Source of the DNA: Candidatus Poribacteria bacterium | Lineage (GTDB): Bacteria > Poribacteria > WGA-4E > PCPOR2b | Length of the DNA: 64,000 nucleotides | Reading direction: 5' to 3' | Assembly (NCBI GenBank): GCA_965198175.1 | Contig: OZ240245.1 | Location: forward strand, 3,360,001 to 3,424,000 | Shown here: in pieces, positions 20,101 to 28,936 of the stretch | How the letters are laid out: each line of letters opens with the position of its first letter | How positions within the stretch are numbered: the stretch's first letter is position 1 | The notes under the pieces: model-generated | Database searches by the model: none | Told to the model about the DNA's origin: nothing | Seen by the model: only the letters and a program-made list of their open reading frames with translations | Translations under genes and position numbers: made by a program

Positions 20101-21283
20101 CAAAGCATCCAAGGATTGGACGTTCTTCAATGAGGAGAACGGTCTTGCAAGTAACGAACTCATTGAGCATTCCATGGTTGTAGACGAAGACTATGTCTGG
20201 GTGGGGACAGCTAGAGGCTTAAGCCGGTATGACCTGGAGAGAGAGGTCTGGACGACATTCACTCGGTCGCCGCTGGCGCAAATCGCCCGCGCAAGAAAAG
20301 TGTACGCGATTACCGCCGAAGCGCGTTATGTGTGGTTGGGAACGCCCGACGGCTTACATCGGTATGACAAACAAACAGACCGTTGGTACTCCCCTCGTCC
20401 GAAGGGGAAAGATGGTGAAGCGCTTAACAATCCAAGTATCACCTGCCTCGCGGTCGATGAAAAATATGTTTGGCTTGGCACAAACGAAGGTGTCCTGCGC
20501 TACGATAAAGCCGGAGATCGATGGGAAACATACACGGATGAAAACGGTTTGCCCGGCGACGCTGTCCGGGATGTGGCTGTGAGAGGCTACGACGTATGGA
20601 TTGCGACCAATCGCGGTGTTGCGGTGTTTAACCGTCTTTCTGACGATCCGAATGCGTGGGAGTCGCACACACAGGAACTGGAAGTCAAAACAATCCAAGA
20701 TGTTAAGAAATACGCGCAGACACTATTGAGCAATGATGTCCGGTGTGTCGGAGTCGGCGATAAGTCTGTCTGGTTCGGCACGAATAAAGGGGCATGCCAC
20801 TATGATAGAGGTAAAAAGACATGGAAGCCTCTTATCACGCATATCTCTTCTTCCTTGCCAGATTCCCGTTTCGGAGAATCTCCCTTTCATCGGAGGGAAA
20901 GGATTACCGACATCAGCGTTATCGCCGTTGATGAAGCTGACATCTGGTTCGGCACGGGAAGAGGCGCGACGAAGTATAACGTCGAATCCGGGGATTTCGT
21001 CACCTACACTCAATCGGACGGTTTGGCGAGCAATCTTGTCACCTGCATCGCCCTCAACGGGGAGGAAATCTGGTTTGGATCGGCGGACGCGGGGGTCACA
21101 CGGCTGGATAAAGCTACAGGTAGATGGCGCGTTTTTAACAAAGGCGATGGTCTGCTCCACAATCGAGTCGAGGCAATAGCGTTTGACGGCGATCAACTCT
21201 GGTTCGGCACAGAGCTCGGTTTGTGTCGGTATGACCAGAATACAGGGACATGGACAAGTTATGCGGAACATCTGAATCCCTGA
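17147..21283 (+). CDS. Giant beta-propeller lipoprotein 2
   Basis: Lipobox LASC; same repeat type and collinear with protein 1. Confidence 0.85.
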   Translation: MHQVRTILGSIILLSLASCFTHDPQQMHPNFFIAEEAGTTSQLLSDRVLSLAIDSRYVWVGTDRGLSRYDKQGGQWNSFTVKDGLAHNTVLSIALDDDLVWIGTQDGANRYHMETNTWTRYMPRDGLAGREISCIAVDSRFIWFGTPNGLSRYDKETNSWARRREKDGLAGDSVTQIAISNDYIWIGTEKGVSRYDKLTDSWNNYDKDSGLVDNSVSAIAVDGDAVWFGTENKGLSLYDQRNSDFVRTYTKKDQLTSDQIKALAADGTSLWLGTADSGAQRYILSVNTWRTYTAPIPAKAEKTTKAGLPSNHITAIAPDGNVVWFGTHEHGLVRYDLRHGTWSTYGEIKALSDNDVKDILVTDESVWVATRSGLNQATYLESSEFSKGINWRTLSKADGLTDNYITSVLEVKENLWVGTPSGLGLRHGDEGKWTFYTTKDRLVHDFVTCIAWQPAIRDTERQGQEEGTGEWKGITDNNTRTNDVSRLWIGTKAGLSTYEPENRQWNTHPPRLHISGWINDIKFDGDFVWIATTDGLVYYDGSAGISGKLTVKDGLPSEVINTVEIGNHSIWVGTLSGLVELNKPSLTTRPYSLTTHLPHSNIRAIVVDGIDVWVGTPSGLHNIAGSVWTRYTRESTNGGLVYDNVKAIAINGEKVWVGTTAGLSCLDKKSGKWSNHIAATTTEMLRSNWVSKLAEDGAGIWFGNWKDSSEGAIVRYDRLSETFQFFSKDDLPLKPTDKPITHIHGLTVGENEVWVGTNGGLLRYDKVTDTWRHYTVEDGLPNNEVWSIVLDTPYLWTAHIGGVVSRYSLEADVWTTYEITPSVQWSGIGTIAVDPQYVWVTTIWEGLKRYDKSTDTWTGITEVQGLGNNEANDLLVDGDYVWVTGWGDASRYNRRTDEWEIFTRWRVLSDANFGLTRGLDGVWLAYTWRDWGDAIASKYHNKTDSWTTLKVPEMEEDYFGRTMKVVETVDSVWFAVEWQGLARYNKASKDWTFFNEENGLASNELIEHSMVVDEDYVWVGTARGLSRYDLEREVWTTFTRSPLAQIARARKVYAITAEARYVWLGTPDGLHRYDKQTDRWYSPRPKGKDGEALNNPSITCLAVDEKYVWLGTNEGVLRYDKAGDRWETYTDENGLPGDAVRDVAVRGYDVWIATNRGVAVFNRLSDDPNAWESHTQELEVKTIQDVKKYAQTLLSNDVRCVGVGDKSVWFGTNKGACHYDRGKKTWKPLITHISSSLPDSRFGESPFHRRERITDISVIAVDEADIWFGTGRGATKYNVESGDFVTYTQSDGLASNLVTCIALNGEEIWFGSADAGVTRLDKATGRWRVFNKGDGLLHNRVEAIAFDGDQLWFGTELGLCRYDQNTGTWTSYAEHLNP

Positions 21284-21316
21284 CGGTTGGCGACTTTCGT
21301 GCGGAGAAATGACAGG

Positions 21317-24300
21317 ATGAGAAGACAGACCCAATGCGCACTACAGTTCACGCATTACGCATTGCTAATGTTCCTAATCGGGTGTAGTCTAACGCAGACC
21401 GACCCGCAGGAAGAAAAATCGGTTGTTTTGGAGGAAGCGGCAATTGCCCAAGCGGCAGCGGAACAAACGTTGGTGAGCGATAACGTCCGCTGTGTGTCAA
21501 CTTCATCCGATCATGTTTGGGTAGGGACAGATCGAGGTGTCAGTGTCTATCACAAAGCGGACAATCGTTGGACGAAGTTAGACTGGGAAGATGGGCTCCT
21601 CTCTGATGATGTCACTGCGGTCGCTGCCGATGGAGTATCTGTCTGGATTGGTACGACTCTCGGCATCAGCCTTTATAATGCAGAGAATAGGAGTTGGACA
21701 AAGTTCCAGCGGCGCGACGGCTTGGCAAACAACAACGTCACCGCCATCGCTGTGGACGGGAATCACATCTGGGTTGGTACCGAGTCCGGTATTTCACGTT
21801 ATGATAAGACGACGGGGACATGGGCATTGCAACGGGAGAAAGGCAAAGATCGGCTAAACGCAGTTACCGCAATTGCTGTGGAGTCGGAGTATGTTTGGTT
21901 TGGTACACAAGATGGGCTTCGACGTTACGATAAGCCCAAGGATGCATGGAACGCTTACACGAAAGAGGAAGGGCTGGTGGAGAATCATATCCGCTGCACC
22001 GCATTGAGCCCTGACTCCGTTTGGGTGGGTACGGAGAAGTCGGGTGTGAGCAAATACAGTACAGCCAACCAAACCTTCACCGAAAGCCATACCCGGACAG
22101 ATTTGCTGGAGAGCGATTTCATCAGGGCGATTGCGGTCGATGGTGACAACGTCTGGTTTGGTTCTGCAGATCGCGGAATTCGAAGGTTCATTACAACAGT
22201 GGATACTTGGTTCAAATACACGACTGCACAAGGTTTAGTCAGCGACCACATTACTTGGCTGGCTGTTGATGGCAACTATATTTGGCTCGGCACCTACGAG
22301 GACGGTTTGGGGCGATACGATAAAGCGAAGGATGCGTGGACATGGTATTCCAAGCGAGATACACTGGCGTCAAATCAGATTAAATCCCTTGCTTCAACTG
22401 AGAACGCACTCTGGGCGGGTACGAATAAAGGTTTGAGCCGATACACGCTTCACAAAAAGACGTGGAAGACCTACACCAAAGCAGATGGTCTGGTGACAAA
22501 TTATATCACTTATCTGGCAGGTGGCACTGACAATGAAACATTATGGGTTGGGACGCCCTTGGGGTTAGGGAGACTAACCGGGCAACAATGGCGTTTCTAT
22601 ACGGAAAGACATGGGCTGGCAAACAATTTTGTTACCTGTGTCAGTGTCTCTGATAAAGTTTGGGTCGCAACGAAAGGTGGATTGAGTTCCTTCATCAGAT
22701 CCGAAACGCCTGAAACCGGGATTGAGCGAATCAGCAAATCCACGAATCAACAAGACTCGCCGCATGTCTCATCGGGCATCACCTTACACGCTACACGCAC
22801 CTATCTCACTAGCGAGTGGGTGACAGCCGTACTGGCAACGGGTGAAGAAGTTTGGGCGGGAACGGCTGAAGGATTGTATCGGAGAAACCCCGAGACGGAT
22901 GAATTTGAACCGCTCCCGATAGTTCGCGATTATGTTAACACACTTGTGTTCAGTCTTGATAAGCGTCTGCTGGTCGGAACACGAAATGGGTTGTGGCTCA
23001 TTGGGGACGAAATGTCATCCCATATCACCGATGGTTTGCCGAACCTGAATGTCAGGGCTGTCGCGGTAGACGGAGAGACCATCTGGGTGGGAACGCCGGG
23101 CGGAATTGCACGTCTGGAAGATTTGGAGGTTCAACAGGTTTTTACAATGAAGCCAGATGGCTTGCTGCACGATAATGTTCAGAGCATTGCCGTTGCGGAT
23201 AAGCAGGTTTTTTTCGGTACTGTTGCTGGTGTAGCTATCTATGAGGTAGAAAAAAAACTATGGGAGAAACATACGCCGTATTACGATACGGAGAATCTCA
23301 GAGAGGACCAAATCCGTTGGATTGAGTTAGATGGGCACCACCTGTGGGCGCTCAACTGGTCGTCTTCCCCGAATGGCGCGATATTGAAATTCGACCGGCG
23401 CACCGAAACGTGGACGGAATACACGAAATATGCACTACCACTCTCCTCCGAAGTCCCGTTTATCACCGAAATTCACCGCCTAGCGGTCGGGGTAAAAGAT
23501 GTCTGGTTTGCGACAGCCGATGCCGGCGTGTTGCAATATCATAAGGCATCCGATACTTGGACGCATTTCACTAAATCGTCGGGGCTGCCGGGACACCACA
23601 CCTCGCGCGTCGAGTTTGACAAGCCTAATCGCGTTTGGGTCGCCTTCCACGGCGGTGTTGCAGCGCAGTATGATACGCGAACGGAAAAATGGGAGACCGT
23701 GAAAGTGACAGAAGCGGGTGCCGGAACACACATCGAAGACATCGCTTGCACAAAAGACTACGTCTGGTTTTCCACAAACAGCGTTGGGGTCAGAAGGTAT
23801 GAACGATCTACGAAAATCTGGAAGTCGTACACAGAGGCGCAAGGTATGGCGTCGCGGTTTACTCCGTGGATTGCCGCGGACGGAGAAGGGGTGTGGACTA
23901 GTGGCGGAGATTCTTGGTCATGGGTCAGCGACCGCGGCATGAGTGGTGTGAGTTACTATCGTCCTAACGAAGACACATGGACGTTTTTTGACTGGCGTAA
24001 AGGCTTACGAGCAGGTGCAACTGATTACGGACAGGTCAGCAAGGATTATGTTTGGTGCTTTGGTTGGGAAGGCGTCAACAGGTACGATAAAGCCGGTAAG
24101 TCGTGGACTTCCTTCACGCAAAGTGATGGACTCCCAGCCCGTAGGATCAGTGCGGTTGCAGGAGACAGTGACGGTTTCTGGGCAGGTACGAATGAACAGG
24201 GGGTCCTGAAATACGCTCAAGCGTCCGGCGCATGGACAGTTTTCACAGTGGATGACGGGTTGATTAACGACAGTGTCCAACCATACGCACTTAAAGTAGA

Positions 24301-25387
24301 TCCGGAATATGTGTGGGTTGGAACCCCACAAGGATTGAGCCGCTACGATAAGGAGAGGGAGATATGGGCTTCGTTTACCAAACCGTCGAACTTGGCAGAT
24401 CGGCGAGTGATGGCTGTTGCTGCTGATAGCCGTTACGTTTGGGTCGGTACGCACCTCGGCTTGAGTCGATACGACAAACGATACGACATGTGGAAACACT
24501 TTCGGAAAGAAAAAAAAGAAAACGATAACGATGACAATGAAGGTGAGGAAGAAGATGAAAAGAACGAACTTGTCGACAACAGCGTCATAGATATATCTGT
24601 CGGTGTGCGGCACGTTTGGATTGCGACTGAAGGCGGTGTCGGTCGATACGACAAAATCGGCGATCGGTTTGAATCGTACACCAAAGAGAATCAACTACCG
24701 AGTGTTGATATCCGGGCGATTGCTGAGAATAAAAGTGACGTGTGGATCGGGACGAAAAACGGTATTAGCAAGCACAGCATTCTCTCCGAAGATCGGAATG
24801 CCTGGGAAACATACAACGCTGCGATTGAAATTCTGCCGACAGTGAAAGGAAAGTACGCCAAAAGTCTGGAAAATGATGATGTTCGGTGTCTGGCAGTCGA
24901 TGACAACCGCGTTTGGGTTGGAACGAAAACAGGCGTCTCGCTCTATACAATCGGAAAGGGGATGTGGAGCACCTTTACCCAAAAGAATGGGTTAACTAGC
25001 GATGAGGTCAGTTGCATTACCATTGATGATGAGCGGGTATGGTTCGGAAGCGGGCGCGGCGTAACGGTTTATGACACGGTGAATGAAACGTGGAAGATAC
25101 TTACGAAAGCAGATGGCTTGGGTTCAAATCTAATCACGTCAATCGCAGTCAATGGGAATCAAACTTGGTTCGGTACATTCGACGGAGGTGTCACCGTGTT
25201 AGACAATTCAACCGGGCGGTTTACAACCTTTACGAAAGCTGATGGGCTTCCCCATAATGGCATCATGTCGATTGCGATCGATGGCGATTATATCTGGTTT
25301 GGCACACACGGCGGATTAACCCGATACGATTCCCCAACTGGGACGTGGACGGTTTACACCGAGCAGTTTGACTATGATGGGATATAG
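21317..25387 (+). CDS. Giant beta-propeller lipoprotein 3
   Basis: Lipobox LIGC; same repeats; acidic insert KENDNDDNEGEEEDEKNE; in-frame ATG at 21317. Confidence 0.85.
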   Translation: MRRQTQCALQFTHYALLMFLIGCSLTQTDPQEEKSVVLEEAAIAQAAAEQTLVSDNVRCVSTSSDHVWVGTDRGVSVYHKADNRWTKLDWEDGLLSDDVTAVAADGVSVWIGTTLGISLYNAENRSWTKFQRRDGLANNNVTAIAVDGNHIWVGTESGISRYDKTTGTWALQREKGKDRLNAVTAIAVESEYVWFGTQDGLRRYDKPKDAWNAYTKEEGLVENHIRCTALSPDSVWVGTEKSGVSKYSTANQTFTESHTRTDLLESDFIRAIAVDGDNVWFGSADRGIRRFITTVDTWFKYTTAQGLVSDHITWLAVDGNYIWLGTYEDGLGRYDKAKDAWTWYSKRDTLASNQIKSLASTENALWAGTNKGLSRYTLHKKTWKTYTKADGLVTNYITYLAGGTDNETLWVGTPLGLGRLTGQQWRFYTERHGLANNFVTCVSVSDKVWVATKGGLSSFIRSETPETGIERISKSTNQQDSPHVSSGITLHATRTYLTSEWVTAVLATGEEVWAGTAEGLYRRNPETDEFEPLPIVRDYVNTLVFSLDKRLLVGTRNGLWLIGDEMSSHITDGLPNLNVRAVAVDGETIWVGTPGGIARLEDLEVQQVFTMKPDGLLHDNVQSIAVADKQVFFGTVAGVAIYEVEKKLWEKHTPYYDTENLREDQIRWIELDGHHLWALNWSSSPNGAILKFDRRTETWTEYTKYALPLSSEVPFITEIHRLAVGVKDVWFATADAGVLQYHKASDTWTHFTKSSGLPGHHTSRVEFDKPNRVWVAFHGGVAAQYDTRTEKWETVKVTEAGAGTHIEDIACTKDYVWFSTNSVGVRRYERSTKIWKSYTEAQGMASRFTPWIAADGEGVWTSGGDSWSWVSDRGMSGVSYYRPNEDTWTFFDWRKGLRAGATDYGQVSKDYVWCFGWEGVNRYDKAGKSWTSFTQSDGLPARRISAVAGDSDGFWAGTNEQGVLKYAQASGAWTVFTVDDGLINDSVQPYALKVDPEYVWVGTPQGLSRYDKEREIWASFTKPSNLADRRVMAVAADSRYVWVGTHLGLSRYDKRYDMWKHFRKEKKENDNDDNEGEEEDEKNELVDNSVIDISVGVRHVWIATEGGVGRYDKIGDRFESYTKENQLPSVDIRAIAENKSDVWIGTKNGISKHSILSEDRNAWETYNAAIEILPTVKGKYAKSLENDDVRCLAVDDNRVWVGTKTGVSLYTIGKGMWSTFTQKNGLTSDEVSCITIDDERVWFGSGRGVTVYDTVNETWKILTKADGLGSNLITSIAVNGNQTWFGTFDGGVTVLDNSTGRFTTFTKADGLPHNGIMSIAIDGDYIWFGTHGGLTRYDSPTGTWTVYTEQFDYDGI

Positions 25388-25417
25388 GGCGCGAAACGCA
25401 ATTAGGAAATTCTGCAA

Positions 25418-27388
25418 ATGAGAAATCGGAAGGCGACGGCGAAGTTTTGGACGTTTTTCTTCTTCAGGTTTTTTTTGGGTTTCTTACTCTTTGGGCTTCT
25501 CACCTTCCAGGTGGAAGCAGAAGATGTCTACAGTCTGTTCGGCAAGCTCTTTCTGTCAGGGCGTGTAGAATATGATTTCAACAATAAACGGGACTTTCTC
25601 GCGGATACGGAAGAGGATGCGGTCCGGCAGAACGAGTTCGATTTTGACCGCGTGTTTCGGCGCGGCTTCCACAGCGTCATGATCATTGAGGAAACCGCTG
25701 GCAATGTCAAGAACATCCTGAGTTTGGGAGAGGTGCCCACCACCTTTACGAAATTCACCTTCGATCAGATTGACCTCTCCGGCGTGCGTTGGGATGTGCG
25801 CTCGGAACGCACCGATTGGATGATCTTAATGGTCCCTGGTCTGCTCAACCCGGTAATTGGACAAGGAGATGTCAATGGGTCTGGAATCGGTATTCGCGAA
25901 GTGACGAAATTTGGGAAGTCCAAACTTGGGGCTTCTTGGTACTTCCGCGACACGCCGGTGTGGGCTTTGGACATGGAGACCAACTTTGCAAACTACGGTT
26001 TGAAGGCGGAGTTTGCGACGTCGCCAAAAAGCGCGTTAAGAAAAAACCTCAGCTCGCGTTTTGACGCAACGACGACAGTGTTTAAGGCGTTCCAAACCGT
26101 TGGTGACACAATCTTTCAAGGGGAAGTCTTCCGCGTCGGTCCGCGATTCGATGCATCTCGCTCTGTCGGGGATAACGATGATCTGGACCGATACACCGAT
26201 AACACGCGGTTGGATCCGCCTTCACTGATTATTCCTGGTGACCTCGATAAGAACAACAATGGTACCTTCGATTATGAGGATGATATTCTACTTTTCGATG
26301 TTGATGAGGATTTCCTTGACGAAAGGGATCATAATAACAACGGTATTCGGGACGCGGAGGAGAACGATAAAGACCCCAATTACGAATTTGATATTGGACT
26401 GCGAGGGCTGCGTCTGCTTATGAAGCGCAAGACAAGTCGTGCTACAACTTCCACAGACCTTGATATTGGCTTGCAATTTGAAAAGGACCTCAGGAACACA
26501 GCGCTCCGCCGTTCTTCTACGGCAACAAAGGCGTTTACCAATCTAGTCTACAAGAAAAAGCTCTCTCAGAATTCTGCTCTGGTCCTTGAGAACGAACTGA
26601 AATGGGTGAGAGACCACATCCCAGATGAGACCTGGTACTTTGCCGGTTTCCTGAGCAAGACTGAGGGTCAACTCTATCGGGTTCAGCCTGACGTGCAGAA
26701 TTTGGAGGCGGAAGGCGAGGTGACGTTTTTCGATGTTGACGGTGGGGTTGAGGTCGAGAAGCGACGTAAAGATCCGCTGTTGATGCAGGACGACGTAATC
26801 AATACTGCTAAGGTCACTTGGGAATATTCGGGAATTAAGCACATGGTCACGACCGGGCGTTTCAAACTACGATACAATCTAGATTTCGACTTGGACAACG
26901 ACCATTACGAGGTCGGCATTTTGAAAACAAACTACCGCATGCGTCCATCCAAATCGCTTGAGATTACGCCGATGTTCAAATACACGATTCGCAACGGCTT
27001 TCAGATGGCAGAAAACCGTTTGGAACATCTCTCCTTAGTGGGGGCGATTGAGGGCGAAGAGACTTCACGCAATATTCGACTCAACGTAATTGAGGCGGCG
27101 GATGTGCGTGACATGGCGGCTGCATTCATCCTGAAAACCGTTTATCAGTTCACTAAGACAATCAAGATTACTGGAGGCGGACAGGTTCTACTCTTTAACG
27201 ATATGCTTGAAGATGGAAACGACTTTGTTCGCCAGGCTCTCCTAGCTGAGATGGAGAAGAGCTTTGTTGCCTACGAAAGAGAACTGTTCCTTCACATCGG
27301 TGCTCGCTACATCGATCAACGCGCCAACGCGGACGTGAACGATGATAACTTCATGGAAACCTTCGTGCGCGTGTTTGGAAAGTTCTAG
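25418..27388 (+). CDS. Putative outer-membrane beta-barrel protein with Ca-binding-like DxDxNxNG loops
   Basis: Signal peptide, alternating amphipathic strands, terminal FVRVFGKF, motifs DLDKNNNGTFD and DHNNNGIRD. Confidence 0.6.
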   Translation: MRNRKATAKFWTFFFFRFFLGFLLFGLLTFQVEAEDVYSLFGKLFLSGRVEYDFNNKRDFLADTEEDAVRQNEFDFDRVFRRGFHSVMIIEETAGNVKNILSLGEVPTTFTKFTFDQIDLSGVRWDVRSERTDWMILMVPGLLNPVIGQGDVNGSGIGIREVTKFGKSKLGASWYFRDTPVWALDMETNFANYGLKAEFATSPKSALRKNLSSRFDATTTVFKAFQTVGDTIFQGEVFRVGPRFDASRSVGDNDDLDRYTDNTRLDPPSLIIPGDLDKNNNGTFDYEDDILLFDVDEDFLDERDHNNNGIRDAEENDKDPNYEFDIGLRGLRLLMKRKTSRATTSTDLDIGLQFEKDLRNTALRRSSTATKAFTNLVYKKKLSQNSALVLENELKWVRDHIPDETWYFAGFLSKTEGQLYRVQPDVQNLEAEGEVTFFDVDGGVEVEKRRKDPLLMQDDVINTAKVTWEYSGIKHMVTTGRFKLRYNLDFDLDNDHYEVGILKTNYRMRPSKSLEITPMFKYTIRNGFQMAENRLEHLSLVGAIEGEETSRNIRLNVIEAADVRDMAAAFILKTVYQFTKTIKITGGGQVLLFNDMLEDGNDFVRQALLAEMEKSFVAYERELFLHIGARYIDQRANADVNDDNFMETFVRVFGKF

Positions 27389-27615
27389 GTTGTGTTGACA
27401 TTTCAGCGCCGTGCGAGTGTGTTGCCATCCGGGGAGAAGACAACGGAACGGACATCGCTCGTATGCCCGGAAAGTAGGGGGACAAGAGGTGTTGCGATAA
27501 TCTGGCTAGCGTCGCCTTCGTAAGAGTTATCGTTAGGGTTTAACTGAGCGTGGCTTATAATTCAGTCAAGCACACGTGCAAACACAGAGTGCAGACACAA
27601 AGGAGAATAAATCTG

Positions 27616-28500
27616 ATGAAAAAAGCGCTGTTTTTCGAGTTGAGCCTTTTGTTCGTCTCTGTTCTGTTTCTACAGACCGGCTGCGGTATAAAGCAACATC
27701 AAGCAAATCTCAACAGCCGACTCGCCAAAGGGTATATCCAATGGGGTTTGCCGCAAGGAGCCGTAGCGCGTCTCGGAAAAGGCCGGATAAATGACATCGC
27801 GTATTCGCCCGATGGGACTCAGCTGGCGGTGGCGAGTAGTATCGGGGTTTGGCTCTATAATGCGCAGACCGGTGCCGAAGCCGCGCTCCTCACTGGGCAT
27901 GCGTGTGAGGTCAAATGCGTTGCATATTCCCCGGATGGTAAGACGCTGGCAAGTGGGAGTTTAAAGACGATTCGGCTGTGGGATGCTGTCACTGGACGAC
28001 ATAAGCAGACCCTTGAAGGGCATACAAATTGGGTCAATTCAGTTGCATTCTCCCCAGATGGCAGCACACTCGCGAGTGGAAGTGCGGACGGTACAGCTGG
28101 GTTATGGGATGCTGTGACTGGGGAACATAAGCGGACCCTTTTGGGCAATATGGGTTACACGGGTTGGGTCGTGTCGGTTGCGTATTCCCCGGATGGCAGC
28201 ACGCTTGCCAGTGGGGGTTGGGACAATACGATTCGGTTGTGGGATGCAGTGACTGGCAAACATAAGCGGACCCTCTTGGGAAGTACAGGTGGTATTGTAT
28301 CGTTCGCGTACTCCCCGGATGGTAGGATGCTGGCGAGTGGGAGTAGTGACGGAACAATTCTGCTCTGGCTGCTGAGCAATATCCCGTATATTATAGAGCC
28401 ACTTCGCCCACTCCATACCGTCTCAGCTACATACCCAGAACGCGCACGTCGTGCCGGGAGAGGGGGGGGTTGTATTGCTGGAAGCGTCGATTGCCGTTGA
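27616..28500 (+). CDS. WD40-repeat lipoprotein, C-terminally frameshifted
   Basis: About 5 'GH...V.SVAYSPDG.TLASGS.D.TIRLWD' repeats; lipobox-like QTGC; AGGAG SD. Confidence 0.88.
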   Translation: MKKALFFELSLLFVSVLFLQTGCGIKQHQANLNSRLAKGYIQWGLPQGAVARLGKGRINDIAYSPDGTQLAVASSIGVWLYNAQTGAEAALLTGHACEVKCVAYSPDGKTLASGSLKTIRLWDAVTGRHKQTLEGHTNWVNSVAFSPDGSTLASGSADGTAGLWDAVTGEHKRTLLGNMGYTGWVVSVAYSPDGSTLASGGWDNTIRLWDAVTGKHKRTLLGSTGGIVSFAYSPDGRMLASGSSDGTILLWLLSNIPYIIEPLRPLHTVSATYPERARRAGRGGGCIAGSVDCR

Positions 28501-28666
28501 TGGAATCGCCAGAGATATTAAAGTCATCAGGGGAATCGGATTTGGCTGTAATAAGGTTGCGATTAAAGCCCTAAAGGCATCACGCTTCATCCCAGCCAAA
28601 TCGCGTGGTACGTTGATTGTTTAGACGGTACGAATTCCGTATCGCTTCCAATTAGTAGAAGATTAA
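28420..28666 (+). pseudogene. Disrupted TonB C-terminal domain of the WD40 gene
   Basis: YPERARRAGR is followed in the shifted frame by VVLLEASIAVDGIARDIKVIRGIGFGC...FIPAK...*TVRIPYRFQL; G8 tract at 28462-28469 and TAG at 28622. Confidence 0.8.
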
Positions 28667-28732
28667 CTATACCTCATGAATCCTTCAGCCCACATCTCTA
28701 TAGGGATAAGAACGGAAACATAACCGTACAAT

Positions 28733-28908
28733 AAAAAGCCCGTCTCAGTACTATAGTAAAACCGATAATTATTTATACACTGCGGTAGGTTCGGTTTCCT
28801 AACCGAACCCGTATTTATCTAGTCCGCGGGTGCGGTTGGAAACCGCACCTACCGAAACATGTGTAAATATGAATGGAATTGACTATAGCGTACCGGGACG
28901 GGCTTTTT
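28733..28908. terminator. Bidirectional terminator hairpin split by an insertion
   Basis: AAAAAGCCCGTCTCAGTAC ... GTACCGGGACGGGCTTTTT arms between convergent genes. Confidence 0.65.
28751..28888. mobile_element. REP-doublet (REPIN/MITE-like) element with CTATAG ends
   Basis: CTATAGT...ACTATAG ends enclose two inverted GTAGG-type hairpins: GTAGGTTCGGTTTCCTAACCGAACC and GGTGCGGTTGGAAACCGCACCTAC. Confidence 0.75.
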
Positions 28909-28936
28909 CGTTAGAACTAAATTGATGGCATACGTT

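Noticed and set aside
11645..25387. Hybrid two-component sensor kinases or DGR targets
   Set aside because: No TM, kinase or receiver domains; no reverse transcriptase or adenine-specific TR/VR pair
28462..28469. Phase variation at the G8 tract
   Set aside because: A second lesion (TAG at 28622) lies in the restored frame, so decay is more likely than an on/off switch
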